A stretch of DNA of 64,000 bases from Fusicatenibacter sp. (GCA_017887445.1 JAGHIA010000009.1:1615-65614); one strand, 5' to 3'; shown: positions 32,527 through 43,667, numbered from the stretch's first letter. Numbers and translations: made by a program. The notes: generated by a model from the sequence alone, not told the origin.

Positions 32527-32710
32527 AGAGTGTGTTTGAAAATTGCTTTCTGCAAGATGTGCGTCACAGTTTGTGGGGAATTTGTTCCAGAATCAGGAGG
32601 CGTAGCGGGCTACGCTGACTGATTCTGGGGCAAATTCCCCACAAAGTGGGGCGTGCAGATTGCAGGAATGAATTTTCAAACACACTCTAGAGCGTGTTTG
32701 AAAATTCGTG
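32527..32710. mobile_element. Full-length family-A palindromic MITE-like element (162 bp) plus the start of an abutting second copy
   Basis: 18-bp perfect terminal inverted repeats at 32527-32544 and 32671-32688. Arms of about 65 nt are roughly 80 percent complementary. The central hairpin is GCGTAGC-gg-GCTACGC. A new left end, AGAGCGTGTTTGAAAATT, begins at 32689. Confidence 0.75.
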
Positions 32711-32749
32711 ATTGTTTCACCTGGCTGAACGGTTACCCGTTACGCAAGT

Positions 32750-34024
32750 TCAACCGTCAAGTTCAACTGTCATATCCGGCAAAACCTTGATCCCATTCAC
32801 CAAAAGCTCCTGGCTCGTCCTGTTTTTGAACGTGATCCTCTGATCTTTATAGGAGATATCCGCCTCCCCGTCCAGCAAAGGACAGTTTTGGACAGAAAAC
32901 CACTTTACCGTTCCGTCAAGCGCCGGAGCTATGGTCACTTCCCTCTTCGGCGCGTCGATCCGGATCCCTGCGGCTCCATACAGATAGCTGCCGACAACCG
33001 CGAACGATACTTCCGGATACTCTCTCCTGTTCAGCTTTGGATCGATCAGTTCTCTCAGCCAGTAGTAGGCCTTCTCTGTCTCTCCATGGCTATAGAAAAT
33101 CTCCGGATAATGGGACATGCTTTCCACATTGATACGTTCTCTCTGTCCCATGCTGTACTCATGAAGCTTCTCCATATGCTTTCTTTTCTGCGTACTGTTT
33201 TCCAGTACGCGGTAATAAAGCAGGGAAAGCCCGTGGCCCATTTCCGGACTGTGGACCAGCTTTCCTCCCTGTTCTTTCACCTGGTAGAACTCGCCTGCTT
33301 CTTCATCCCACCACTGATCCTCCAGCATTTTCTGAAGAGCGTCCGCTCTGCCGGCACACAGTCCGGCGGCAGCTTCTTCTTTTCTCAAACGATAGAGTTC
33401 CGCCGCCGAACGGTATCCCCGGATTTCAATGGCCAGCATATCGATCAGCGCTTCCGCGTTCTCAAAAAGATCGTCTTCGCAATACGAAGGGATCCCCAGG
33501 CGGGAATGGGGGTACTTTCTTTCCAGAAGCAGGTCCTGGTCTTTATCCCACCACTGGGCATACGGATGGATGGTCCAGTCATAGAACCGTACAAAATCCT
33601 CATCTGTAACGTAATCCATATCACCGGTGAGCCGGTACATCCGGTAGCAGACATCCAGCAGCTCAAAATTGGCAGGAAGGTTATACCAGAAATCTTCATC
33701 GCTGGCGTAATCCACAGGACAGGGCCTGTAGTCTTTGTCAATTTCCCAGAAAGTACAATACTGTCTGCTCTTCGCGATGTTCTGTACAAAACGCCGCAGC
33801 ATATTTTTTGTGTGCGCTCTCAACCCCAGCATTTCCGCCCCGGCCGCGTGGTGCGCCACGTCCCGGATACAAAAGGACATTCTGGCAGGAAGCGCCGCCT
33901 CGTACCAGTCTCCCACCAGGTCGCCTTCATGACTGTAGGACAGCGCCATTTCTTTTGCCCATGCAAAGCCTTTGTTTAATCCGTCATCTGAGGAAATAAA
34001 TGTAATTCTTCCTTTCATGCCCAA
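32750..34024 (-). CDS. Uncharacterised protein in the alpha-galactoside locus (possibly an alpha/alpha-barrel glycosidase-like fold)
   Basis: 424-aa ORF, co-directional with the ABC genes. It is rich in W/Y/D (WWDKDQD, WWDEEAGEFY). I cannot assign a family. Confidence 0.45.
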   Translation of the reverse strand: MGMKGRITFISSDDGLNKGFAWAKEMALSYSHEGDLVGDWYEAALPARMSFCIRDVAHHAAGAEMLGLRAHTKNMLRRFVQNIAKSRQYCTFWEIDKDYRPCPVDYASDEDFWYNLPANFELLDVCYRMYRLTGDMDYVTDEDFVRFYDWTIHPYAQWWDKDQDLLLERKYPHSRLGIPSYCEDDLFENAEALIDMLAIEIRGYRSAAELYRLRKEEAAAGLCAGRADALQKMLEDQWWDEEAGEFYQVKEQGGKLVHSPEMGHGLSLLYYRVLENSTQKRKHMEKLHEYSMGQRERINVESMSHYPEIFYSHGETEKAYYWLRELIDPKLNRREYPEVSFAVVGSYLYGAAGIRIDAPKREVTIAPALDGTVKWFSVQNCPLLDGEADISYKDQRITFKNRTSQELLVNGIKVLPDMTVELDG

Positions 34025-34103
34025 ACCCCCGTCTCAAATTTGTAATCATTCAGCCATATCTGTGCAGTGAATGCACAGACATCGCTGAACGGTTACCTGA
34101 ATT

Positions 34104-35018
34104 TTACTGTTTTACCGCGCCCAGTGTCATACCCTGTGTAAAATATTTGGAGAAGAACGGATAAATAACAATGATCGGCAATACTACGATAATGGTGATC
34201 GCCGCCCGGATCGTAAGCGGCTGGATACCGCGCATGGCCTCCGCGATCATGGTAGAATCCGTCATATCCTTCAGGGCGTTGGCCTGATTCAGCATACGGT
34301 ACAGAATCACCTGCAGCGTATCCCATGTTCCGCTCTTGCTGTACAGGTTTACATCGAACCAGGAGTTCCAGTGACCTACGCCCACATAGATGGCGATACA
34401 TGCCAGCATCGGTTTGCTCAGCGGAAGCACGAACTGATAAAAGATCCTGAACTCACTGGCCCCGTCCACTCTGGCCGCTTCAAACAACGCTTCCGGTATA
34501 TTCTGAACATAGGAAGCACACAACAGCATGTAATAGGCGCTGAAGATGCTGGGCAGCCAGTATACGGTCAGTGTATCGACCAGTCCCAGGGCGGTCATCA
34601 GCAGGTATCCGGGGATCAGTCCGCCGCCAAAATACATGGTGATCAGGAACAGGATCCTCATGAACTTTCTTCCCGCGAACTGGCGGCAGCTTACGATATA
34701 CCCCAGCAGCGCGTTACCAAGCACCGCTGTCACCGTACCGATCACCGTCCGCAGGATGGAAACCATCGTGCCTTTGTAGATATCATCGTTGTTCAACACA
34801 TATTTATAATTTGCCAGGCTGAATTTCCGCGGCCACAAGTAAATCCCGCCTCTTACGGCATCGGTACCCTCGTTCAGTGAGATCGCAATGATGTTGATGA
34901 ACGGGTACACAACGATCACCATAAACATTAGCATCAGGATCACATTGGCCACATCAAATACTTTGCCGCTCTTTGTCTGTTTAATGTAAAAAGGACGACT
35001 CATGTTTACTCCTTTCAT
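34104..35018 (-). CDS. Carbohydrate ABC transporter permease (MalG/LplC-like)
   Basis: 304 aa, six TM segments, EAA-loop region ALFEAARVDGASEFRIFYQFVLPL. Confidence 0.9.
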   Translation of the reverse strand: MKGVNMSRPFYIKQTKSGKVFDVANVILMLMFMVIVVYPFINIIAISLNEGTDAVRGGIYLWPRKFSLANYKYVLNNDDIYKGTMVSILRTVIGTVTAVLGNALLGYIVSCRQFAGRKFMRILFLITMYFGGGLIPGYLLMTALGLVDTLTVYWLPSIFSAYYMLLCASYVQNIPEALFEAARVDGASEFRIFYQFVLPLSKPMLACIAIYVGVGHWNSWFDVNLYSKSGTWDTLQVILYRMLNQANALKDMTDSTMIAEAMRGIQPLTIRAAITIIVVLPIIVIYPFFSKYFTQGMTLGAVKQ

Positions 35019-35070
35019 GTCGCACGAACTGCGCCAATAATGGCAGATTTGGAAGCTTCCTTCCAGACTT

Positions 35071-35991
35071 TTAGAAGATTGCAGTATCCAGTTTCTTCCG
35101 GCAGAACCAGTTGGTGGCCCATACCAGGAGCACGCCGATGACCGACTTCATCAAACCTACCGCGGTACCAAGAGAATAGTAACCAAGCTGGATACCATAC
35201 CGGTAAGAATATGTATCGATAACGTCCCAGTACGCCTGCGTTGACGCGTTGCCCAATACAAGGTGCTGATCAAATCCGGCGTTCAGGATACCTCCGATCC
35301 CAATGATCCACTGTACAACGATGGTGGGAAGGATCGTTGGAAGGATAACGTAGCGGACAACTCCCAGCCGGGTCATTCCGTCTACCGCGCCTGCTTCGAT
35401 CAGCTGTGTATCAATACCGGACATTGCGGAGATATAAAGGATCGCGGACCAGCCGGTTGCCTTCCACATATTGACCAGTGTGTACATAACCCAGTAATAT
35501 TTTCCTTCCGTGAGAAAAGGAACCGGCGCGTCGATCAATCCGATCCTCAGCAGGATATCATTGACCACGCCTTCGTTAGACAGCATGATGAAGATCATAC
35601 TTCCGGCAACTACCCACGAAATAAAATAGGGCAGATAAGAGGTTGTCTGGACAACGGTTTTGAACTTTTTGTTGTTCAGTTCGTTGACACACAGAGCAAA
35701 AAGGATCGGCGCCACAAAGCCAACGGTCAGACTCAGAAGACTCATGGCCAATGTGTTTCTGAGCAGCTGGAGAAAGGTGGGATTCATCACGAAATCCCGG
35801 AAATACTTCAGACCCACAAACTCACAGTCAAAAATCGACATGCCCGGGATATAATCCACAAACGCTATGATCAGTCCGCCCATGGGAACATAAGCAAAAA
35901 CAACAACCCAGATGATGATCGGAATACAAAGCAGCCATAACTGTCTTTGCTTATTAAACGATTTTATCATGTGTTTCATTTTTTCTTTCAT
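35071..35991 (-). CDS. Carbohydrate ABC transporter permease (MalF/LplB-like)
   Basis: 306 aa, EAA-loop region LIEAGAVDGMTRLGVVRYVILP. Confidence 0.9.
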   Translation of the reverse strand: MKEKMKHMIKSFNKQRQLWLLCIPIIIWVVVFAYVPMGGLIIAFVDYIPGMSIFDCEFVGLKYFRDFVMNPTFLQLLRNTLAMSLLSLTVGFVAPILFALCVNELNNKKFKTVVQTTSYLPYFISWVVAGSMIFIMLSNEGVVNDILLRIGLIDAPVPFLTEGKYYWVMYTLVNMWKATGWSAILYISAMSGIDTQLIEAGAVDGMTRLGVVRYVILPTILPTIVVQWIIGIGGILNAGFDQHLVLGNASTQAYWDVIDTYSYRYGIQLGYYSLGTAVGLMKSVIGVLLVWATNWFCRKKLDTAIF

Positions 35992-36033
35992 ATCTAAACC
36001 CCCTGATCACAGAAAGATTCAGAAAATGGAAGC

Positions 36034-37743
36034 TTATTGCGCTTCCATTTTCTCCATATTGGCCTTGTAGTTATCGCTCAATGCCTTTTCCAGGGTCTCA
36101 ACGCCAGCCGAGGTCAATGCACTCTGCAGATTCTTCCATGCCTGTTCAAATTCCTCGTCGCTGTTCGCCTGTACCGCCGCGCCCCAGTTTGCTTTCCACG
36201 CGTCGGCCACTGCCTGCTCCGCGATTTTCTGCTCATCGGTCTTCACACGCAGAGTGAGCGCTGAGGAGTCGTAGATGGTATCTTTCAGGTTTTCGATCAT
36301 GATGCTCTTCCATTTGTTTTCGTCATACCACATCTGGTTCGGCCAGAAATTGTGCTCGCCGTCTTCCCATCTGGACTGGTCAACAAACAGCCAGGGCATT
36401 CCCTCTTCGTAGTAAGCGTTATCATAGGACCACTGCTCGTTTAAGATCTGCTCTCTCGCGGTGGGATCTACTTCCCAGTTTCCATCCTCGTCAATATTCC
36501 AGAACTTGATCTCTTCGCCGGTATCGCCGATCTCTGTGCCGTTGGGAAGGCCCCATCCGGTTAACGCGGTACCCATATCGGTAGCCTGGAAGTTGATGAA
36601 TCTCATGATTGCTTCCGGATCTTTTGCTTTATCGGTAATGATCGTACAGTAGCTTCCCAGATAGTTCTTGCCGCTCAGGTATACATTTTCCGCGTCTTCG
36701 TCTTTGAATCCAATCTGGATAAATCTCTTGTCTTCCGGTGTGTCAGGATCTACAGACTGCCAGATCTCGTGACCAGAATTATAGGTGATCCACCATTCGC
36801 CTACACAGCCTACAACTCTTTCAGAGGAGAATTTTGTCTGCCACTGCTCGTAATTGTTGGCGAAGGAATCCGGATCCAAAGTTCCGTCCAGATGGAAGCG
36901 GTTGAAGTACTTGGTCATTTCTTTTCCTTCATCGGTAAAGGCCCAATGTGTGAAATTGCCTTCGTCGTCAATCTTGTAGCCAGACTTTAATCCCCAGAAG
37001 CCGCTCAGCATGGCCGGGTCTGTATAGTGACCGGAATCCGAATAGAAGGAAAGCGCGTATCTGGACTCACCGTTGGGCGTGGTCGGGAATTTTTCCAGGA
37101 TCGCGTTCAGAGCGTTATAGTAATCCTCCGGTGTCTCGATCTTAGGAGAACCGATCGCCTGCCATTCATCATAACGGATATGCGCGCATCTGTCCGGAAG
37201 CTCTACAATCGCGCCCATCAGAGTCGGAACGTAGTAAAGCTTTTCCTCGTCATCCAGGAACAGGCTGTAATGATCTCCCATACGCTCTTTCACATCCGAA
37301 CCGACGGTATCCATGTACGGAGTAAGTTCTACCGCTTTTCCCATCCTCACAAATTTCTCTACCATGGAAAACGGTACATATGTGATCACATCCGGGTAAT
37401 CACCGGAAGCCAGGGCCAGGTTGAGCGCTTCGGTTCCGTCACCGGAAACGTGCTCTACATTCATTTTTACGTTGAACTCTTCCAGCAAATAATTGAGGTT
37501 GTTTTCCTCTCCGACTTCCTGAGCCTCCAGCGGCGCATAATAGCCGGAAGCATCCAGGACGCTGATCTCCAGTGTTTCCTTCGGTTTTTCCCAGCCAAAA
37601 CGGTTCACCTCACCGCTTCCTTCGAAGGATGATTCTTTCGGCTCAGCGGCGTTCTGACCTCCGCCTCCACAACCTGCCAGCATCGAAGCTGCCAACGTAG
37701 CTGCTACCATAGCGTTGAGTACTCTTTTTTGTCTAGCTTTCAT
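36034..37743 (-). CDS. Extracellular sugar-binding lipoprotein (large LplA-type SBP)
   Basis: 569 aa. The signal peptide ends in the lipobox LAGCGG. Confidence 0.85.
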   Translation of the reverse strand: MKARQKRVLNAMVAATLAASMLAGCGGGGQNAAEPKESSFEGSGEVNRFGWEKPKETLEISVLDASGYYAPLEAQEVGEENNLNYLLEEFNVKMNVEHVSGDGTEALNLALASGDYPDVITYVPFSMVEKFVRMGKAVELTPYMDTVGSDVKERMGDHYSLFLDDEEKLYYVPTLMGAIVELPDRCAHIRYDEWQAIGSPKIETPEDYYNALNAILEKFPTTPNGESRYALSFYSDSGHYTDPAMLSGFWGLKSGYKIDDEGNFTHWAFTDEGKEMTKYFNRFHLDGTLDPDSFANNYEQWQTKFSSERVVGCVGEWWITYNSGHEIWQSVDPDTPEDKRFIQIGFKDEDAENVYLSGKNYLGSYCTIITDKAKDPEAIMRFINFQATDMGTALTGWGLPNGTEIGDTGEEIKFWNIDEDGNWEVDPTAREQILNEQWSYDNAYYEEGMPWLFVDQSRWEDGEHNFWPNQMWYDENKWKSIMIENLKDTIYDSSALTLRVKTDEQKIAEQAVADAWKANWGAAVQANSDEEFEQAWKNLQSALTSAGVETLEKALSDNYKANMEKMEAQ

Positions 37744-37827
37744 TTTCTCTTTGGAAATCCATTGTTCTGGACTTCCCTCCTCCTTATATGATTTTTTTGA
37801 GTTATTGAAGGGAACTCATGCCCTGAT

Positions 37828-40068
37828 TCACACTTTTCGGATACAGAACAGTCTCGAGAAATTGTCTCCCTGCTGTTCCCATGCCACGCCCGCAAGTCCG
37901 GAAGAACTGTCCGAAACGCTCATTCCTGCATACATCAGTTCATCTCCGCCGAAAACACCGTAATCCATTTCTGCCCCGAAGGTTTCCTGCACATGATATT
38001 TTGCCGCCGGATCCAGCCCTTTCAGGTAAATTCTTTCGAATTTTCCGTTGGCCGGTTCCATGATCCGGAAATATGCCATCAGAGCTTCCTTTCCATCCTC
38101 GGAAACGGCCATCCATGCAGAGGAATTGTTTTCAAACGGACTCTTCAGACGGTAGAAGACACCTTTCTGTATCGTGCCCCTCTTTTCTTTCATAAACGCA
38201 ATCTGCTTCTTCATGGCTTCCAGTTCTTCTTCCGGAAGCTTTGTAATATCCAGTTCATATCCGAAGGTACCGAAATAGGCCACATTCGCTCTCGTATCCA
38301 GAGAAGTACTCCTGCGCACCTGATGGTTTGGCGAAGCGGAAACATGGCTTCCCATGCTGCTGACCGGATACACATAAGAGGTCCCGTACTGGATCTTGAT
38401 CCGGTCTACCGCATCCGTATTGTCGGACGTCCATGCCTGCGGCGCGTAATACAGCATACCCGGATCGAACCTTGCCCCTCCGCTTGCGCAGGACTCAAAG
38501 AGGATATCCGGGAATTCCCGGATCAGACGCTCATATAACCCGTACACTCCAAGGATGTATTTATGTCTTACCTTGCCCTGATCGCTTCTTCCCCTGCCAT
38601 TGGAAAAAACTTCCGAAAACGCGCGGTTCATATCCCATTTGATATAAGAGACAGGGGCTTCCCGCAATATTTTTCGCATCTGTTCATAAATATAATCCAC
38701 GACCTCCGGTCTGGAGAAATCGAGTACATACTGGTTTCTGCTGTGGCAGTAATTTCTTCTGAGATCCGCAAGCAGCCAGTCAGGGTGCGCCCGGAACAGA
38801 TCGCTGTCTTTGTTTGTCATTTCCGGCTCAAACCAGAGACCGAATTTTAATCCCAGGCTCTCCACCTTTTTTGCCAGTCCGGTAATTCCCTCCGGCAGTT
38901 TTTCCAGATTCGGATACCAGTCTCCCAGCGAACAATTATCAAGATTTCTCTTGCCGAACCAGCCGTCGTCCAGTACAAACAGCTCGATCCCCAGCTCTTT
39001 TGCCTTTCCGGCAAGTTCCAGTATTTTCTCTTCGTTAAAATCGAAATACGTTGCTTCCCAGTTATTGATAAGGATCGGTCTTTCTTTGTCACGCCATTTT
39101 CCCCGGGCAAGTCTTGTACGGTATAATTTGTGGAAGGTCTGGCTCATGCCGTTGATCCCCTGATCAGAATACACCATTACCATTTCCGGTGTCTGGAAGC
39201 TTTCTCCAGCTTTAAGTTCCCACCGGAATTCGTTGGGATGGATTCCAAGGACGACCCTTGTCACATCGTAATTGTCCACCTCAACCTGCGCCAGAAAATC
39301 ACCGCTGTACACGAGGCTGAAGCCTATGGCTTCGCCTCTGGATTCATCCGCGTTTTTACGCTTCAGCATAAGAAACGGGTTGAACTGATGGCTGCTGCAT
39401 CCGCGCATGCTGTACACGCCCTGAATACCGTAAGCCAGCTCTCTGCTGCATACATGGCGTTCCCTGATCCACGACCCTGCAAGCTCTGTCATTTCATACT
39501 CTTTGTCCGGAAGGTCGAGACATCCGCTCATACAGTTCAGAAGCGCAATCCCTTCCGGATGCTCACAGACAAAGCGCGTATTTCTGGTGATCACCGGAAG
39601 ATCTTTATAGATCGTATAGGAAAGGATCAGTTCCGTATGGATCAGTTCATCCTCCAGCACAAGTTCCAGGGTATCCGCTTCGTCTTCCGACTCCACATAG
39701 GTGGCAGGCAACCCTTCCAGCGCTTTTTTTCCGCCGAATATACGATGACTCTTGTATTTAAAGTCCACCACCCTGCTTCCGTCTTCTCTTTCCATCTCAA
39801 AAGCGGGATATCGTGTATCTCCGGAGCCGAAGGCCGGATATTCCTGGCGAAGGTGTTCCAGCGAGAATTTGCTTTCTCCTTCAAACGGATACGGCGCCAT
39901 ATCTCTTCTGGCATACTCCACGAGATATCCGAAATCCTCCCTGTCCGCCAGACGCTTTCCGTAATAGACATGTCCCGCCTGTCCGTTTCTCAGTATCTTT
40001 ATAATGTAGCTGATATCCTTGTTATAAAGATGAAACTCCTGCGATTTTTCATGAAACAAAATTGGCAT
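37828..40068 (-). CDS. Alpha-galactosidase, GH36
   Basis: 746 aa. LDDGWFG, YIKWDMNR and ESCASGGARFD are canonical GH36 motifs. Confidence 0.92.
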   Translation of the reverse strand: MPILFHEKSQEFHLYNKDISYIIKILRNGQAGHVYYGKRLADREDFGYLVEYARRDMAPYPFEGESKFSLEHLRQEYPAFGSGDTRYPAFEMEREDGSRVVDFKYKSHRIFGGKKALEGLPATYVESEDEADTLELVLEDELIHTELILSYTIYKDLPVITRNTRFVCEHPEGIALLNCMSGCLDLPDKEYEMTELAGSWIRERHVCSRELAYGIQGVYSMRGCSSHQFNPFLMLKRKNADESRGEAIGFSLVYSGDFLAQVEVDNYDVTRVVLGIHPNEFRWELKAGESFQTPEMVMVYSDQGINGMSQTFHKLYRTRLARGKWRDKERPILINNWEATYFDFNEEKILELAGKAKELGIELFVLDDGWFGKRNLDNCSLGDWYPNLEKLPEGITGLAKKVESLGLKFGLWFEPEMTNKDSDLFRAHPDWLLADLRRNYCHSRNQYVLDFSRPEVVDYIYEQMRKILREAPVSYIKWDMNRAFSEVFSNGRGRSDQGKVRHKYILGVYGLYERLIREFPDILFESCASGGARFDPGMLYYAPQAWTSDNTDAVDRIKIQYGTSYVYPVSSMGSHVSASPNHQVRRSTSLDTRANVAYFGTFGYELDITKLPEEELEAMKKQIAFMKEKRGTIQKGVFYRLKSPFENNSSAWMAVSEDGKEALMAYFRIMEPANGKFERIYLKGLDPAAKYHVQETFGAEMDYGVFGGDELMYAGMSVSDSSSGLAGVAWEQQGDNFSRLFCIRKV

Positions 40069-40222
40069 GCTTTTTCTTCTCCTTCAGCTTCTTGCATAAG
40101 TATTAGTAACAATCTTACATAAATATTGGTAACAATTTCTTGACTTTCTGAGTATTTTTCCTTATTATAAAATAGTATAGATATGCTTTCCCCACAGAAA
40201 ACCCCCGCACTGCTGTGAAAGG

Positions 40223-41110
40223 ATGATCCTCATGAAGTTAAATAATTTCTACAATACCATCGATTTTCAGTGTCTCGATAATATCGCCCACCAGACCAAC
40301 GACCTGTATCTGACAAGGTGCGGACTTCAGCATTGTCCGCCCACGCATTCATGGGGACCCAAGAAACGGCCGCAGTACCATCTGCATGTGATTCTGGACG
40401 GAAGAGGATACTTTGAAATCAACAGCAACATCTATCACCTGAAACAGGGACAGATCTTTCTGATCCCGCCAAATACTGTATCCCGCTACTATGCGGACCC
40501 CTGCAATCCATGGACCTACGCGTTCATCAGTTTTCAGGGAAACAAAGCCGAAACTTATGTACAGCAGGCCGGTTTTTTGCAGACTCCTTACATCAGGGAC
40601 TGTGTTCTGGAACCGTCCGAATTTTCCTCCATCATCCAGAAAATGATGGAGACCACGCAGCTGACCATCACCAATGAACTTCGCCGTGTAAGTCTTCTGT
40701 TTGAATTTTTTGCCTTCCTGACTTCCACAAACCCTTCGACACAGGAAACTCTGAAAACCCACTACGATTACCTGCCGGAAACTTATTTTGAATATGCATT
40801 GAAGTACATTGAACTGAACTATCAGCAGAACATTCGCATTCAGGATATCGCTGATTACATCGGGATCACACGCTCCTACCTGTTCTACCTGTTTAACAGG
40901 GAACTGAACATGTCACCCAAAAAATACCTTCAGCAATACCGCATAGAAAAAGCGAAACATCTGCTTCTTTCCTCGGACACCTTTATCAGGGACATTGCCC
41001 GGAATGTAGGGTACGAAGATTCACTTGCATTTTCAAAAATCTTCCGAAGCGTAACCGGATACTCACCGTCAGCCTATCGAATACACAAATCAGATTCTTC
41101 CAAAACCTGA
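40223..41110 (+). CDS. AraC-family transcriptional regulator
   Basis: 295 aa. N-terminal cupin-like sensor and C-terminal double HTH (IQDIADYIGITRSYLFYLF...IRDIARNVGYEDSLAFSKIF). It is divergent from the alpha-galactosidase operon. Confidence 0.88.
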   Translation: MILMKLNNFYNTIDFQCLDNIAHQTNDLYLTRCGLQHCPPTHSWGPKKRPQYHLHVILDGRGYFEINSNIYHLKQGQIFLIPPNTVSRYYADPCNPWTYAFISFQGNKAETYVQQAGFLQTPYIRDCVLEPSEFSSIIQKMMETTQLTITNELRRVSLLFEFFAFLTSTNPSTQETLKTHYDYLPETYFEYALKYIELNYQQNIRIQDIADYIGITRSYLFYLFNRELNMSPKKYLQQYRIEKAKHLLLSSDTFIRDIARNVGYEDSLAFSKIFRSVTGYSPSAYRIHKSDSSKT

Positions 41111-41321
41111 CTGCTTTCACTGTCCATATTATACTTTGGCGCAAACACTTAACGTATAGAAAAATGATTGATTTATATGTAATTTTGTTCAATGGTTCGT
41201 CATTTTTGCTAATTAATTCGGATCATCCACCGATCTTCATATACATATCATCTCATGCTCAACGATAGCACACAGCGGATAGCTGATATTTTCAACAATC
41301 AGACCCGTCCGGCGCTTTCGC

Positions 41322-41376
41322 AAAAAAAGCACCCCAGACTATGAAGCTTCTTTATCATAGTCTGGGATGCTTTTTC
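41322..41376. terminator. Bidirectional terminator between the AraC gene and glgP
   Basis: AAAAAAA-GCACCCCAGACTATGA-loop-TCATAGTCTGGGATGC-TTTTTC. Confidence 0.75.
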
Positions 41377-41384
41377 TTTGGCAT

Positions 41385-43667
41385 TTATCTCAAATGCCAG
41401 ATATCCTCATTATACTGTTCAATGGTACGGTCGGAGGAGAAGAAGCCTGCGTTGGCGATGTTGATCAGGCACTTTTTGTTCCACTCGCCGCGTTTCTCAT
41501 AATCCTTGTAAATCTGCTCTTTGGTCTTGATATACTCTTTCAGGTCCAGCAGCGTCATAAACCAGTCTTTGTTCAGCAGCTCCTTGTACAGACGCTCCAG
41601 GCTCACATGGTCGCCGATGGCCAGCAGCTCGTCGCTGACGATAAAGTCCACCAGCTTCGCAATCTCCGGGTCCTTGTCATAGAAGGATTTGGAGACATAG
41701 CCAGCCTGCGGGTCCTCCTTCTTTTCGTCGTACAGATCGATAACGTCCTGCGGCTTCTTTCCGAAGATATAGATATTGTCGTCGCCTACCAGGTCGTGGA
41801 TCTCCACATTGGCGCCGTCCTCGGTTCCCAGGGTCACCGCGCCGTTGAGCATGAACTTCATGTTTCCGGTTCCGGACGCTTCCTTGGAGGCCAGAGAAAT
41901 CTGCTCGGAAATGTCCGCTGCCGGGATCACCTTCGCCGCCTTGGAGACATTGTAGTTCTCCAGCATGATCACGCGGAAGTACGGACTTACCTCCGGGTCC
42001 GCGGCGATCAGTTCCTGCAGGCAGAGGATCAGGTGGATGATGTCCTTGGCGATGGTGTACGCCGGCGCTGCCTTTGCGCCGAAGATCATGGTGACCGGCG
42101 TTTTCGGCTTGTTGCCCGCCTTGATGTCCATGTACTTGTAGATGGCGTACAGAGCGTTCATCTGCTGGCGTTTGTACTCGTGGAGACGTTTTACCTGCAC
42201 GTCAAAGATGGATGTCTCGTCCACGTTCAGGTTCTGGGTCTCATACAGATAACGTTTCAGCTCTTTTTTGTTGTTTGTCTTGATCTGCTCCAGCTTTTTC
42301 AGGACCTTGGCGTCGTTTTTGTATTTCAGCAGCTTTTCCAGCTCCATGGCGTTCTTTTTCCAGCCGCTTCCGATCAGGCTCTCAATATAACCGGCCAGCT
42401 CATGGTTGCAGTGGAGCAGCCAGCGGCGGAAGGTGATGCCGTTGGTCTTATTGTTGAATTTCTCCGGATAAATGTCGTAAAACGGCTTCAGCTCGGAGTT
42501 TTTCAGGATTTCCGTGTGCAGAGCGGCCACGCCGTTGACGGAGAATCCATAGTGGATATCCATATGGGCCATGTGTACCCGGCGGTCCTTGTCGATGATG
42601 GCCACCTCCTGGCCGGGATATTTTGCTTTCGCGCGGGCGTCCAGCTCGAAGATGATCGGCAGCAGGTGGGGCACAACCTCCTCCAGATAGTCGATGGGCC
42701 ATTTTTCCAGCGCCTCGGCGAGGATGGTGTGGTTGGTGTAGGCGCAGGTTCTGCTGACTACGCGGATGGCTTCGTCCAGGGTGAATCCTCTCTGCTGCAG
42801 CAGACGGATCAGCTCCGGGATCACCATGGACGGATGGGTATCGTTGATCTGGATGACCACATGCTCATCCAGGTGGTGCAGGTCATATCCCTTCTCGTCA
42901 CACTCCTTCAGGATCAGCTGCGCGCCGTTGCTGACCATGAAATACTGCTGGTAGATACGCAGCAGATGGCCCGCCCGGTCGCTGTCGTCCGGGTACAGGA
43001 ACAGGGTCAGGTTCTTCTGGATCTGATGTTTGTCAAAGTTGATGCTGTCCTGGGGCACAATGCTCTCGTCCACTGTGTCAACATCGAACAGATGCAGACG
43101 GTTGCAGCCGGATTCATAGCCGGGCACGTCGATATCGTAAAGGACGGAACGCATGGTAAAGTTTTTAAACGGCACCTGGAAGGATACCGGCTGCTTTACC
43201 AGCCAGCTCTCGTTGGTGATCCAGGGATTCTTTACTTCCTTCTGTTTGTGCTCCACAAACATCTGGCGGAACAGGCCGAAATGGTAGTTCAGGCCGATGC
43301 CGTCCCCCGGGAGTCCCAGTGTCGCCACAGAATCCAAGAAACATGCCGCCAGACGGCCAAGACCGCCGTTACCAAGGGACGGTTCCAGCTCCATTTCCTC
43401 GATCTCCGTCAGGTCTCTGCCGTGCTTTTTCAGGGCCTCGTTTACCTGGTCGTACAGACCCAGATTGATCAGGTTGTTGGACAGAAGTTTTCCGATCAGG
43501 AACTCCGCAGAGATGTAATACAGCTTTTTGCTTCCCTCGTTTTTGGGGCGGGAAGCCATCTCCTGCTTGGTCAGCACCATCAGCGCCTCAAAGATCTCGC
43601 TTTTGGTGCAGTTGTTGATATCTCTCCCGAAACGTTCTTTCAAAAGGTTCTGAATTCTTTCTTCCAT
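41385..43667 (-). CDS. glgP: Alpha-glucan (glycogen/maltodextrin) phosphorylase
   Basis: 760 aa. PLP site [15 protein letters not shown] and [14 protein letters not shown]. Confidence 0.95.
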   Translation of the reverse strand: MEERIQNLLKERFGRDINNCTKSEIFEALMVLTKQEMASRPKNEGSKKLYYISAEFLIGKLLSNNLINLGLYDQVNEALKKHGRDLTEIEEMELEPSLGNGGLGRLAACFLDSVATLGLPGDGIGLNYHFGLFRQMFVEHKQKEVKNPWITNESWLVKQPVSFQVPFKNFTMRSVLYDIDVPGYESGCNRLHLFDVDTVDESIVPQDSINFDKHQIQKNLTLFLYPDDSDRAGHLLRIYQQYFMVSNGAQLILKECDEKGYDLHHLDEHVVIQINDTHPSMVIPELIRLLQQRGFTLDEAIRVVSRTCAYTNHTILAEALEKWPIDYLEEVVPHLLPIIFELDARAKAKYPGQEVAIIDKDRRVHMAHMDIHYGFSVNGVAALHTEILKNSELKPFYDIYPEKFNNKTNGITFRRWLLHCNHELAGYIESLIGSGWKKNAMELEKLLKYKNDAKVLKKLEQIKTNNKKELKRYLYETQNLNVDETSIFDVQVKRLHEYKRQQMNALYAIYKYMDIKAGNKPKTPVTMIFGAKAAPAYTIAKDIIHLILCLQELIAADPEVSPYFRVIMLENYNVSKAAKVIPAADISEQISLASKEASGTGNMKFMLNGAVTLGTEDGANVEIHDLVGDDNIYIFGKKPQDVIDLYDEKKEDPQAGYVSKSFYDKDPEIAKLVDFIVSDELLAIGDHVSLERLYKELLNKDWFMTLLDLKEYIKTKEQIYKDYEKRGEWNKKCLINIANAGFFSSDRTIEQYNEDIWHLR

